Below are positions 21,129 through 28,234 of a DNA stretch of 64,000 nucleotides, in pieces. Position numbers and translations under genes: made by a program. The DNA is from Candidatus Angelobacter sp. (lineage in GTDB: Bacteria; Acidobacteriota; Terriglobia; Terriglobales; Acidobacteriaceae): contig DATGJZ010000142.1 of the NCBI GenBank assembly GCA_035294925.1, forward strand, positions 65,357 through 129,356. Direction: 5' to 3'. Each line of letters starts with the position of its first letter. Positions within the stretch are counted from its first letter, which is position 1. The notes beneath the pieces are model-generated. The model did not search any database. It saw only the letters and a list, made by a program, of their open reading frames with translations, and was not told where the DNA came from.

Positions 21129-23518
21129 TGCCGAGATCCGCCCTCGCCTTCATCGCTGATCAGCATCACGTTGGTTGTGACTTCGCCACGAGACACCGCG
21201 AGCCTGCCATCTTGGGACCATGCGAAGAACTGAATCTGGCCAGAGGTGAAATGAGTCAATGGTTCTGCGCGTTGCGTCGAGAGCGAATAGGACCAGATAT
21301 TTCCTATGCCATTGATGTGTTCAACGTAGCTTAAAGTTCGGTCATCCTTCCATTGTAGACGACTTCCCCAAGGAGAAAGATCGAAGTTATGGAGAACAAA
21401 TACGATCTCAGTCTCACGGTTCGGATCTCGCACCATCTCCCTGAACGCAAGTGGAATAATCTTTACGGCTCTCTTGCCAGCCACATAGGCGCGGACGGCG
21501 AGCAGTTGCCCGTTAGGCGAAATGGCCGGATCATATACATCCCGTTCGGGCGTCATTTGTTCAGGCGGTTCTTTCTTGTCGAGGGCAATGCGCCATATCG
21601 TCGTCTCCTTGCCAGGGCCTGATGCGTAAACGACCCAGTTTCCAAAGACTCGCGGATTGTAGTCAGAACCGCCGGAAGTAAGCCAGCTTAGTTCACGCGT
21701 CTGGATATCCATCTTCCAAATATTCGAGCCGTGCAAACCAGCCTGTTCATTCAAAAAACTACTGTTTGAGACAAATACCACAATTTTGCCATTGGCCGAA
21801 ACAGCCGGGGAAAAATAATTATCTTCACCACGGCCTAGCTCTCCCACAAGGCTGGCCGCGTTGTGTCCATCGGAGTCGACTATCCTTATTTTACTAGTGC
21901 GGCCATCTAGCGCCGTATAGACCAAACGGTTATCTGGAGTCCAAGTCAATCCGGCCATCCCGGCTGACTCCCCTTTGCGGAACTCGACAGGCATCGGGTC
22001 ATAAAAGACCTCTTTAGCGCTTTTCAGTGGCGCGAGTACCTGCAATTCGCATTTGACATCTTTTGCCAAGACAACGAAGTGCTTTGAGTGGTTACTTAGA
22101 TTCAGGACGTCATACTTTTGCGATTTATTGTCTATCAATTGCCTTGACCGACCGCTAGGATAGGCTACAAGAGAAAGCTGATTTGGAAATGCCGGATCTA
22201 GTGTCTCTGTAATGATACCGCTTCCATCTGAAAGCCAGACCAAGCTACTTTGAGTGTTCCACTCATCACCGGTCTTCAGGGGTTGCTCTTTGCCGTTAGC
22301 AGTGTCAACAACAACCAAATCTGATTTAGGAGAACCTGCCTGACCAGCGAGAAGTGCGATCAGCCTTCCGTTAGGCGACCAAGCTGCAGTCTGTGCATAG
22401 TAGCGACTTGGCGATTTGCGCTCCGCAAAAATTTGCACGGTCCGACCATTGTCAGATAAGGCATCCAGTTGCCGTATCACTATGGAAAATGTCGGGTCGC
22501 CACCACCCTCCCGGCGACGCACGAACGCATAACGCGTACCATCCGGAGAAAGCGTTATGTGGTCCGCCACTTGTCGTTGTACGAGTGTGCTCTCCCCTCC
22601 CAAGGCACCTATCTTGTAGAGCGCTGCCGGGCCACCCTCATTCGAGCCTTGGCCGTAGTAGATGTATTCTCCATCGGGAGAGAAGAGGATCTGCCGATAC
22701 GTAACGGCTGCGGAGCGCACAAGAATCTGGCCAGGTTCCGTCCAGTGCGCACTGACTTGTTTGATGTGAAGTTCTTGATGGCTAACCAGCGAACTGCGAT
22801 CGGAATCTGCCGTCTCAGCCTCGGCATACCTAGCATAAGCCAAGTATTTACCGTTAGGCGAGATCGCCGCCATTGTTACTTTGCTCCCACTGGTCAAAGG
22901 ATAGGCGTTGAGTGGATTCTGGCGAAAGGCTTTCTCGTAGTCGCTCAGCGGATATATCAGCCATGCAAGAAATGCAATTATGACCGTAGCTAATCCGAGC
23001 CCCCACGTAGATTTCAGAACTCGTCTTTTTAACGGCACACGCTTGGAAAGATCCTTGTCTACGGCGGGTGGTTCAGGGCGTGGTCGGTGCAAAGCAAGCA
23101 ACAGATCTCGGTAATTGCACTCGTAATTCTTACCATCACGGAGATCAATATAGGACTTCCCGAGTTGAGTCGAAGGGGCAGCTGTCTCCCAGGTGCCCCG
23201 TCTGAGTACAGGAACGAACTTTCGATGATTACCCTTTACGAAAACTTCACCTTGGATGATATCGCCCTCATAGGCGGCACCCCCGTCGTCGCCATCCGCT
23301 TTGAGTTTGTATTTGGGCGTACAAATAATTAAGACAAAATCATTCTCAGAGACTGCTTTAGCCATAGAGGCTGGCAATTGATCTCCTGGCGCGACGTGCC
23401 ACTGGTCGAGAGTTACCTCCACGCCGTCCTTGCACAGGCGGGTGGCCAATTGGCGAACCCAACTCATATGTGGGTCATCGTCCCAAGAATACGAGATGAA
23501 GGCTTTCGGGCTATCCAC
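21125..23518 (-). CDS. TIR - transmembrane helix - PD40/TolB-like beta-propeller protein
   Basis: N-terminal AFISYSWDDDPHMSWVRQLATRLCKDGVEVTLDQW...FVLIICTPKY is TIR-like. One TM helix (WGLGLATVIIAFLAWLIYPL) follows a KRVPLKRRVLK positive patch. At least 8 PD40-type motifs follow (ISPNGKYLAY, FSPDGEYIYY, LSPDGTRYAF, WSPNGRLIAL, WTPDNRLVY, VSANGKIVVF, ISPNGQLLAV, WSQDGRLAV). Confidence 0.85.
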   Translation of the reverse strand: MDSPKAFISYSWDDDPHMSWVRQLATRLCKDGVEVTLDQWHVAPGDQLPASMAKAVSENDFVLIICTPKYKLKADGDDGGAAYEGDIIQGEVFVKGNHRKFVPVLRRGTWETAAPSTQLGKSYIDLRDGKNYECNYRDLLLALHRPRPEPPAVDKDLSKRVPLKRRVLKSTWGLGLATVIIAFLAWLIYPLSDYEKAFRQNPLNAYPLTSGSKVTMAAISPNGKYLAYARYAEAETADSDRSSLVSHQELHIKQVSAHWTEPGQILVRSAAVTYRQILFSPDGEYIYYGQGSNEGGPAALYKIGALGGESTLVQRQVADHITLSPDGTRYAFVRRREGGGDPTFSIVIRQLDALSDNGRTVQIFAERKSPSRYYAQTAAWSPNGRLIALLAGQAGSPKSDLVVVDTANGKEQPLKTGDEWNTQSSLVWLSDGSGIITETLDPAFPNQLSLVAYPSGRSRQLIDNKSQKYDVLNLSNHSKHFVVLAKDVKCELQVLAPLKSAKEVFYDPMPVEFRKGESAGMAGLTWTPDNRLVYTALDGRTSKIRIVDSDGHNAASLVGELGRGEDNYFSPAVSANGKIVVFVSNSSFLNEQAGLHGSNIWKMDIQTRELSWLTSGGSDYNPRVFGNWVVYASGPGKETTIWRIALDKKEPPEQMTPERDVYDPAISPNGQLLAVRAYVAGKRAVKIIPLAFREMVRDPNRETEIVFVLHNFDLSPWGSRLQWKDDRTLSYVEHINGIGNIWSYSLSTQRAEPLTHFTSGQIQFFAWSQDGRLAVSRGEVTTNVMLISDEGEGGSRQ

Positions 23519-23597
23519 GTGCTGTTCCTTATCAGATTTCCAATTTGTGCGTTGAGAAAAAGTATCACGGTTTGGCTTAGAAACTAAAGCCTAATTT

Positions 23598-24262
23598 GAA
23601 GCAGTGATTCAGCGGGTGGCATCTTCGGGATTCTGGCCGGTTCCTTCGCTGCGCTCAGGATCTCGCCCTTCGACAAGCTTATTAATAGGGCAGGCTCTGC
23701 GGGTTCCTGCTCCGCTCACACCCGCAAGACGGCTCGACTTCCGCCCACAGAGCGGCGTCAGAATGACAGGCGTTGAGTTTCTGGTTCATGCAGCCACCTG
23801 TGCAAAAGAAAGAAGGCCGCAGGGCCTGACGGTTCTGTGCGAATTCCCTGAAGCAACGATTCAGCGGGTAGCATCTTCGGGATTCTGGGCAGTTCCTTCG
23901 CTGCGCTCAGGATCTCGCCTGCGGGTTCCCGCTCCGCTCACACCCGCAAGACGGCTCGACTTCCGCCCAAAGAGCGGGCGTCAGAATGACAAGGCGTTGA
24001 GTGTTTGGTTCATACAACCACCTCCGCAAGAGGTTGGTTGCGCCTGACACACTTCACGGGTTCCCCAAAACACTTTTTTCCACGCGAGACTCGCCCTGCA
24101 AGCGAGTGCCAGAGTGTAGGGATCCCAGGAGAATTTGGTAATTGGGAAAGTTGGTAAGAAGATCCTTCGGCTTCGCTCAGGATTTCGCCTACGGGCTCGG
24201 ACGCCCGCAAAACGGCTCAAGTCGGTAATTGAAAGTCAAAGACGAAATTCTCTCGACGCCTA
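23598..24262. repeat. Cluster of intergenic repeats (two full family-A units, one shortened A unit, one family-B unit)
   Basis: The unit ...gattcagcgggtRgcatcttcgggattctgg...ttccttcgctgcgctcaggatctcgcc...gctccgctcacacccgcaagacggctcgacttccgccca.agagcgg.cgtcagaatgaca.ggcgttgagt...ggttcat occurs at about 23600-23800 and 23850-24030. A degenerate copy lies at 24160-24222, and a ggtaattg-type family-B unit at 24127-24262. Confidence 0.85.
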
Positions 24263-24561
24263 CGGGTTGCGTTCGTTGAATTATTGCGGGGACATTGCGA
24301 GTCGCTCCGCAAAGCCCGCATCGAGGGGCGTAACATCAAGAAAACAGACAACGACGGAATGATGGCGGGCAGTACAAGAGTGCAGTTGTTGCGACCCGAA
24401 TCAAGAACCTGGCTATTCAGGAACTGCTCTAAGGCTGACGTTGCCCATAAGTTCGCCACAAAGCGAAGGGCGAGAGAATCGCCGGCTGCGGCACCTAACG
24501 TCTGCAGGTCAAGATCTCTTAGAGTGATTTTGTTGATGACAAGCTTATTGGGTTTCTTCAC
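24217..24561 (-). CDS. GG-leader-type peptide paralog with extended or degenerate core (possibly a pseudogene)
   Basis: GTG start with a gaggagg RBS. The first 26 aa, MKKPNKLVINKITLRDLDLQTLGAAAGD, are near-identical to the 26007-26165 peptide leader, but the GG is lost. The ORF then reads 85 more codons through repeat DNA and the antisense of an eno-tail remnant. Confidence 0.35.
   Translation of the reverse strand: MKKPNKLVINKITLRDLDLQTLGAAAGDSLALRFVANLWATSALEQFLNSQVLDSGRNNCTLVLPAIIPSLSVFLMLRPSMRALRSDSQCPRNNSTNATRRRRENFVFDFQLPT
24266..24314 (+). pseudogene. eno: Diverged remnant of the last about 16 codons of eno (fragment F2)
   Basis: 49 nt align without gaps to eno 16044-16092, with 38/49 identical by hand count. 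It translates as LRSLNYCGDIASRSAK versus the eno C-terminus [16 protein letters not shown]. Confidence 0.6.
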
Positions 24562-24585
24562 ATGGCCTCCTCAAGACAGATAAAA

Positions 24586-24790
24586 CTTAACAGGCTTGGA
24601 GAACCTTTTTCGTTAATGCTGAACACAAGGTCCCTCCAATTTACCCGCGCTGGCGCGCGAGTAAACTCTCGGGATGACGCCAGGATTTTTCACGGTCTTC
24701 ATTCAGTGAACAGTATTGCGGTTAATTGCTATTTGCTAAATACCCGTGTTCCACCCCGGCAGGTCGGCCCGCGCTACCATATCTCGATCT
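24586..24790. repeat. Family-C repeat plus duplicated 3' end of the HAF-like gene
   Basis: acaggcttggagaacc...aaggtccctccaatttacccgcgctggcgcgcgagtaaactctcgggatgacgccagg...gtgaacagtattgcgg...tatttgctaaatacccgtgttccaccccggcagg is a near copy of 26783-26965. The family-C core also recurs at about 32670-32730. Confidence 0.85.
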
Positions 24791-24828
24791 AACGCGTCTA
24801 TCTAACTTATGAAAAAAGCACGAGGCTT

Positions 24829-25580
24829 ATGAGAAAAGCACCAGGACTCGTAGCGATTGCACTGACGCTATTTGCGGTTGCCGTGGCGCCGGCGAAGGCC
24901 CAATCTCCAGTTGAGTTTGACCATGTTTGGATCATGGTTTCATCCAACGCTCCGGAGCGCGCGGCCCTGCAACGTGCAGGCTTGCTGATATCGCCGGACA
25001 TTAACCGCCACGACGGACAAGGAACCGCATCGATTACGGTGGAGTTCGAAAATGCTTTCCTGGAGTTGATGTGGCCTGACTCTACGGTTGCTGTAAAGCC
25101 TGGTTTAGAGCGGGCCGTTGAAAAGTTCCGGCATCGTATGCTCTGGCGCTCCAGCGGCTGGTGCCTCATCGGCATTGGGTTTCGCCGAATGACCCTGTCG
25201 GATGATGCCTTCCCGTTTCCAACCTGGTCTGTGAGTGCGCCCTGGTTGCCGGAAGGCTCGGCGATTGAAATGCTGACCCCTCGCGACGACACGGCAAGCC
25301 CATCATTGTTCATCAGCCCACGCGCTATGGCGGATCAAGGTGATCAAGCAGCACGAGCATCGCGCTTCCATCATCCCATCGGTGTTCATCGGGTAACTGC
25401 CGTTCGTCTCATATTCCCAAAGACGTATCGGCCTATCGAGCCGATTTCCTATCTAGACAGGTGCATGTTCTCGAAGTCCAACAAGGCGACGAATGGGCAG
25501 TGGAGTTGACATTCGACGGTGGCCTGAAGGGAAAATCGAGAGACCTCAGGCCAGATCTTCCTCTCGTTATTCGATATTGA
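24829..25580 (+). pseudogene. Secreted glyoxalase-like (VOC-fold) domain protein with an apparent frameshift near the 3' end
   Basis: Signal peptide, then EFDHVWIMVS...HDGQGTASITVEFENAFLELMWPD, which is typical of the glyoxalase-like domain family. The listed ORF stops at 25509. A different frame continues as ...VSAYRADFLSRQVHVLEVQQGDEWAVELTFDGGLKGKSRDLRPDLPLVIRY* to 25580, which looks like the authentic C-terminus. Confidence 0.6.
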
Positions 25581-25640
25581 TTCACAAGCGATCAAATCAT
25601 CAGGCTCTGCATTCCCGACAAGGCCCTTGCGTAGCATTCC

Positions 25641-25990
25641 CCAGGAGAATTTGGTAATTGGGAAAGTTGGTAAGTTGGTAATTGAAAGTCAAAGACGAAA
25701 TCCTCTCGACGCCTACGGGGTATCAAGGGCCGAGGCCCTTGGTTAGTCAGGAGAATCTGATCCAGTGCAGCATGAAGTTCCGCAAAAACTTTTTCGTGAG
25801 AACTCCCTGAAGCAGCGATTTAGCGGGTAGCATCCTCGGGATTCTGGGCGGTTCCTTCGCTGCGCTCAGGATCTCGCCTGTGGGTTCCCGCTCCGCTCAC
25901 ACCCGCAAGACGGCTCGACTTCCGCCCAAAGAACGGGCGTCAGAATGACAAGGCGTTGAGTGTTTGGTTCATGCAACCACCCCCGCAAGA
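25641..25990. repeat. Composite repeat block (family B + connector + family A)
   Basis: ccaggagaatttggtaattgggaaagttggtaag..ggtaattgaaagtcaaagacgaaatcctctcgacgcctacgggg...gtcaggagaatctgatccagtgcagcatgaagttccgcaaaaac.ttttcgtgagaactccctgaagcagcgatttagcgggtagcatcctcggg... is repeated almost exactly at 26329-26640. Confidence 0.85.
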
Positions 25991-26006
25991 GACGGCTACG
26001 CCCCCC

Positions 26007-26165
26007 TTATGGGCACTTGCAACGGGTAGGGCAGGTAAGAGCCGTGGCGCAAAGCTGATGTGTGGGACAAGGTGACGAGAAGCCGCCGGCTACGGCACCT
26101 AACGTCTGCTGGTCAAGATCTCTTAAAGTGATTTTCTTGATGACAAGCTTATTGGGTTTCTTCAC
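26007..26165 (-). CDS. 52-aa GG-leader, Cys/Thr/Ser-rich RiPP-like precursor peptide (not in ORF track)
   Basis: Hand translation gives GTG-start MKKPNKLVIKKITLRDLDQQTLGAVAGG|FSSPCPTHQLCATALTCPTRCKCP*. The RBS gaggagg lies about 5 nt upstream. The leader resembles the KL-x-L-x-K-x-T-L-R-x-L...VAGG double-glycine precursor type. The 24-aa core has 5 Cys, 4 Thr and 2 Ser. Confidence 0.6.
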   Translation of the reverse strand: MKKPNKLVIKKITLRDLDQQTLGAVAGGFSSPCPTHQLCATALTCPTRCKCP

Positions 26166-26328
26166 ATGGGCCTCCTCAAGACAGATAAAACATCCTGATG
26201 GTGAGTTTATTGAATTTGTCCAATTTGGGTTCCTTGTCCTTCACGGTCTGCTTTCTGAAAGATTGCGGAACTTGTTACGGCCCAAAATGGTACTGCCAGA
26301 AAGCAAGGAGTGTCAAATGCAGTTCATT

Positions 26329-26640
26329 TCCGTAATTGAAAGTCAAAGACGAAATCCTCTCGACGCCTACGGGATATCAAGAGCCGAGGCCCTGGTTAGT
26401 CAGGAGAATCTGATCCAGTGCAGCATGAAGTTCCGCAAAAACGTTTTCGTGAGAACTCCCTGAAGCAGCGATTTAGCGGGTAGCATCCTCGGGATTCTGG
26501 GCGGTTCCTTCGCTGCGCTCAGGATCTCGCCTTTCGACAAAGCTCAGGGCAGGCTCTGCGGGTTCCCGCTCCGCTCACACCCGCAGGACGGCTCGACTTC
26601 CGCCCAAAGAGCGGGCGACCGGGAATGAAGTAATGCGGCG
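26329..26640. repeat. Second copy of the composite B/A repeat block, nested inside a larger duplication
   Basis: Near-identical to 25676-25990. Its family-A part carries the same type of internal insert (tttcgacaaagctcagggcaggctc) as the A unit at 23665-23697. Confidence 0.85.
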
Positions 26641-26782
26641 TGAAGGGGCCACTCTTGTCCAGACCTGGCCGCCGCTCGCAGTTCACCAAAGTGAAACAAA
26701 AAGGAGCAGGCAACTGCCTGCCCGCCAATCACCTGCTCCCGCTGTTTACCAAGGGCCAACGGCTCATTGCAATACGGTTCAC

Positions 26783-26925
26783 TTGACAGGCTTGGAGAAC
26801 CTATTTCGTTAATGCTGAACGCAAGGTCCCTCCAATTTACCCGCGCTGACGTGCGAGCAAACTCTCGGGATGACGCCAGGGTTTTTCACAGTCTTCATTG
26901 AGTGAACAGTAATTGCGGCTCATTG
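26783..26925. repeat. Family-C repeat immediately downstream of the HAF-like gene
   Basis: Copy of 24586-24745 (acaggcttggagaacctatttcgttaatgctgaacgcaaggtccctccaatttacccgcgctgacgtgcgagcaaactctcgggatgacgccagg...). Confidence 0.85.
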
Positions 26926-27783
26926 CTATTTGCTACTTGCTATATACCCGTGTTCCACCCCGGCAGCAGTGAAGAAGTCGCCGACAATTGTGCCTTCGGC
27001 GTTAAGTCCGTCTCCATCCGTCGACGCAGCCCCGGGAAAATCCAGTTGAACAAATGTTCCATTCTGGTTTAGGAAGCCGTGCCCGTTCCCAGAGGCATCG
27101 GTGAAGCTGCCAATGATGCTTGTCCTGGCATTCAGGCCAAAGGCGAAGGCGGAGGTGGATCCCGGCGGATTTATCTGAGTGAAGGTATTACCAGTCTTGA
27201 GGAAGGCACGCTCCGCGCCCGACGGATCCACAAATGCGCCTACAATTTCGCCGCGATTGTTGATGCCGAACGCATTCGTATTTGTTCCGCCGGGAAAATC
27301 TATCTGCGTGAATGTGCCGGCAACATCAGTAAAGCCATGGGTGCGCCCGGCAGTATCGGTGAAGCTGCCCGCAATTTCCCGCGAGTCATTGATGCTAAGC
27401 GCCTGGGTAGAAACAGCCCCGGGGAAATCTATTTGGATAAAGGTGGCGCCTTCGCGAAGTAATCCGTGCTGGACCCCGGACGCATCTGTAAATGCGCCGA
27501 CAATGTCATCGCGGTTGTTCAGCCCTACGGTCTTGGTGGCCGTAGCGCTGGGAAAATCCAGCTGCGTGAAAGTGCTTCCGCTATGGAAGAAGCCATGCTG
27601 CCGCCCGGCCTGATCGAAGAAGAAACCGACAATATCTCCACGTGCATTGATGTTATCGGCCTCGGTCGAGGCGCTGTTGGGAACGTCAAAGAGCTGAAAG
27701 TTGAAAGAGGAGGTTTGCGCATGGATACCGGACGGCAGGATGCCGAGAGCCAGCAGCATAGCCGGCAGGAATTTTTTCAACAT
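26926..27783 (-). CDS. Secreted repeat protein, HAF-family-like extracellular repeats
   Basis: Signal peptide MLKKFLPAMLLALGILPSGIHAQ, then about 6 repeats of about 43 aa (F.QIDFPGA..T.A.GIN.RGEIVG.F.D..G..HGF). The ORF-track N-terminal extension (27784-27939) merely translates ggtaattgg repeats. Confidence 0.75.
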   Translation of the reverse strand: MLKKFLPAMLLALGILPSGIHAQTSSFNFQLFDVPNSASTEADNINARGDIVGFFFDQAGRQHGFFHSGSTFTQLDFPSATATKTVGLNNRDDIVGAFTDASGVQHGLLREGATFIQIDFPGAVSTQALSINDSREIAGSFTDTAGRTHGFTDVAGTFTQIDFPGGTNTNAFGINNRGEIVGAFVDPSGAERAFLKTGNTFTQINPPGSTSAFAFGLNARTSIIGSFTDASGNGHGFLNQNGTFVQLDFPGAASTDGDGLNAEGTIVGDFFTAAGVEHGYIASSK

Positions 27784-27859
27784 GATTTTGTCCTTTCGGG
27801 GAAAACACGTAATTGGTAATTGGTAATTGGTAATTAGTATTGAGTAATTAGCAAAGGAG

Positions 27860-28145
27860 AGAATTTGGTAATTGGGTAACTTGGTAAGTTGGTAATTGAA
27901 AGTCAAAGGCAAAATCTCGCGATGCAAACGGGATATCAAGGGCGGCTCGACTTCCGCCCAAAAAAGCGGGCGTCAGAATGACAAAGGGTTGAGTTCTGGT
28001 TCATGCGACCATCTCTGCAAAAGAAAGAAGGCGCAGGGCCTGACGGTTATGTGAGAATTCCCTGGAGCGGCATGGTCAGCTTCAACAGCTTCGGGGTCTT
28101 TCGACTACGCCCGCCACGGCGGGCTCGCTCAAGATGACAGGGTAA
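27860..28145. repeat. Family-B unit plus partial family-A units
   Basis: gagaatttggtaattgggtaacttggtaagttggtaattgaaagtcaaaggcaaaatctcgcg..., then ggctcgacttccgcccaaaaaagcgggcgtcagaatgacaaagggttgagttctggttcatg...aaaagaaagaaggcgcagggcctgacggtt, which matches 23738-23840. Confidence 0.8.
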
Positions 28146-28234
28146 ATGGGGTATGGCACCGCCGAGCCTTCTCCATGGTGTTTGCATGTCTTCGGATGTA
28201 GAACACCAGAGCGTGGGCAGCCACGCTCTGGTGT

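Noticed and set aside
20094-23518. Canonical Thoeris (ThsA/ThsB) system
   Set aside because: Both genes are TIR-type (ThsB-like at best). No SIR2- or Macro/SLOG-containing ThsA-like gene is present in the window, and one TIR protein is an integral membrane protein with a periplasmic propeller, which is not the described Thoeris layout.
23604-24047. ORFs of 100-150 aa lying entirely in repeat DNA (23604-24047, 26062-26463, 19446-19745, 24135-24362, 24284-24583)
   Set aside because: They are translations of family A/B/C repeats or of the tRNA-like scraps. The same pseudo-peptides recur wherever the repeat recurs, and they lack RBS and domains.
24217-26165. Complete lanthipeptide or other RiPP biosynthetic gene cluster
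   Set aside because: Only precursor-like peptides are present. I could find no LanB/LanC/LanM/LanKC/LanL, radical-SAM, YcaO or C39-peptidase ABC exporter genes anywhere in the 64 kb.
27784-27939. N-terminal 52-aa extension of the HAF-like protein, and the similar 46-aa extension of thrC at 32727-32864
   Set aside because: The extensions translate ggtaattgg and family-C repeat DNA (…NYQLTKLPNYQIL…). Internal ATGs give a proper signal peptide and the conserved ThrC N-terminus, respectively.
23598-28145. Repeat-dense region considered as a possible CRISPR array
   Set aside because: The repeat units are 60-190 bp, fall into several unrelated families, are irregularly spaced and occur in both composite and partial forms. 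There is no 25-40 bp repeat with uniform spacers, and there are no cas genes.
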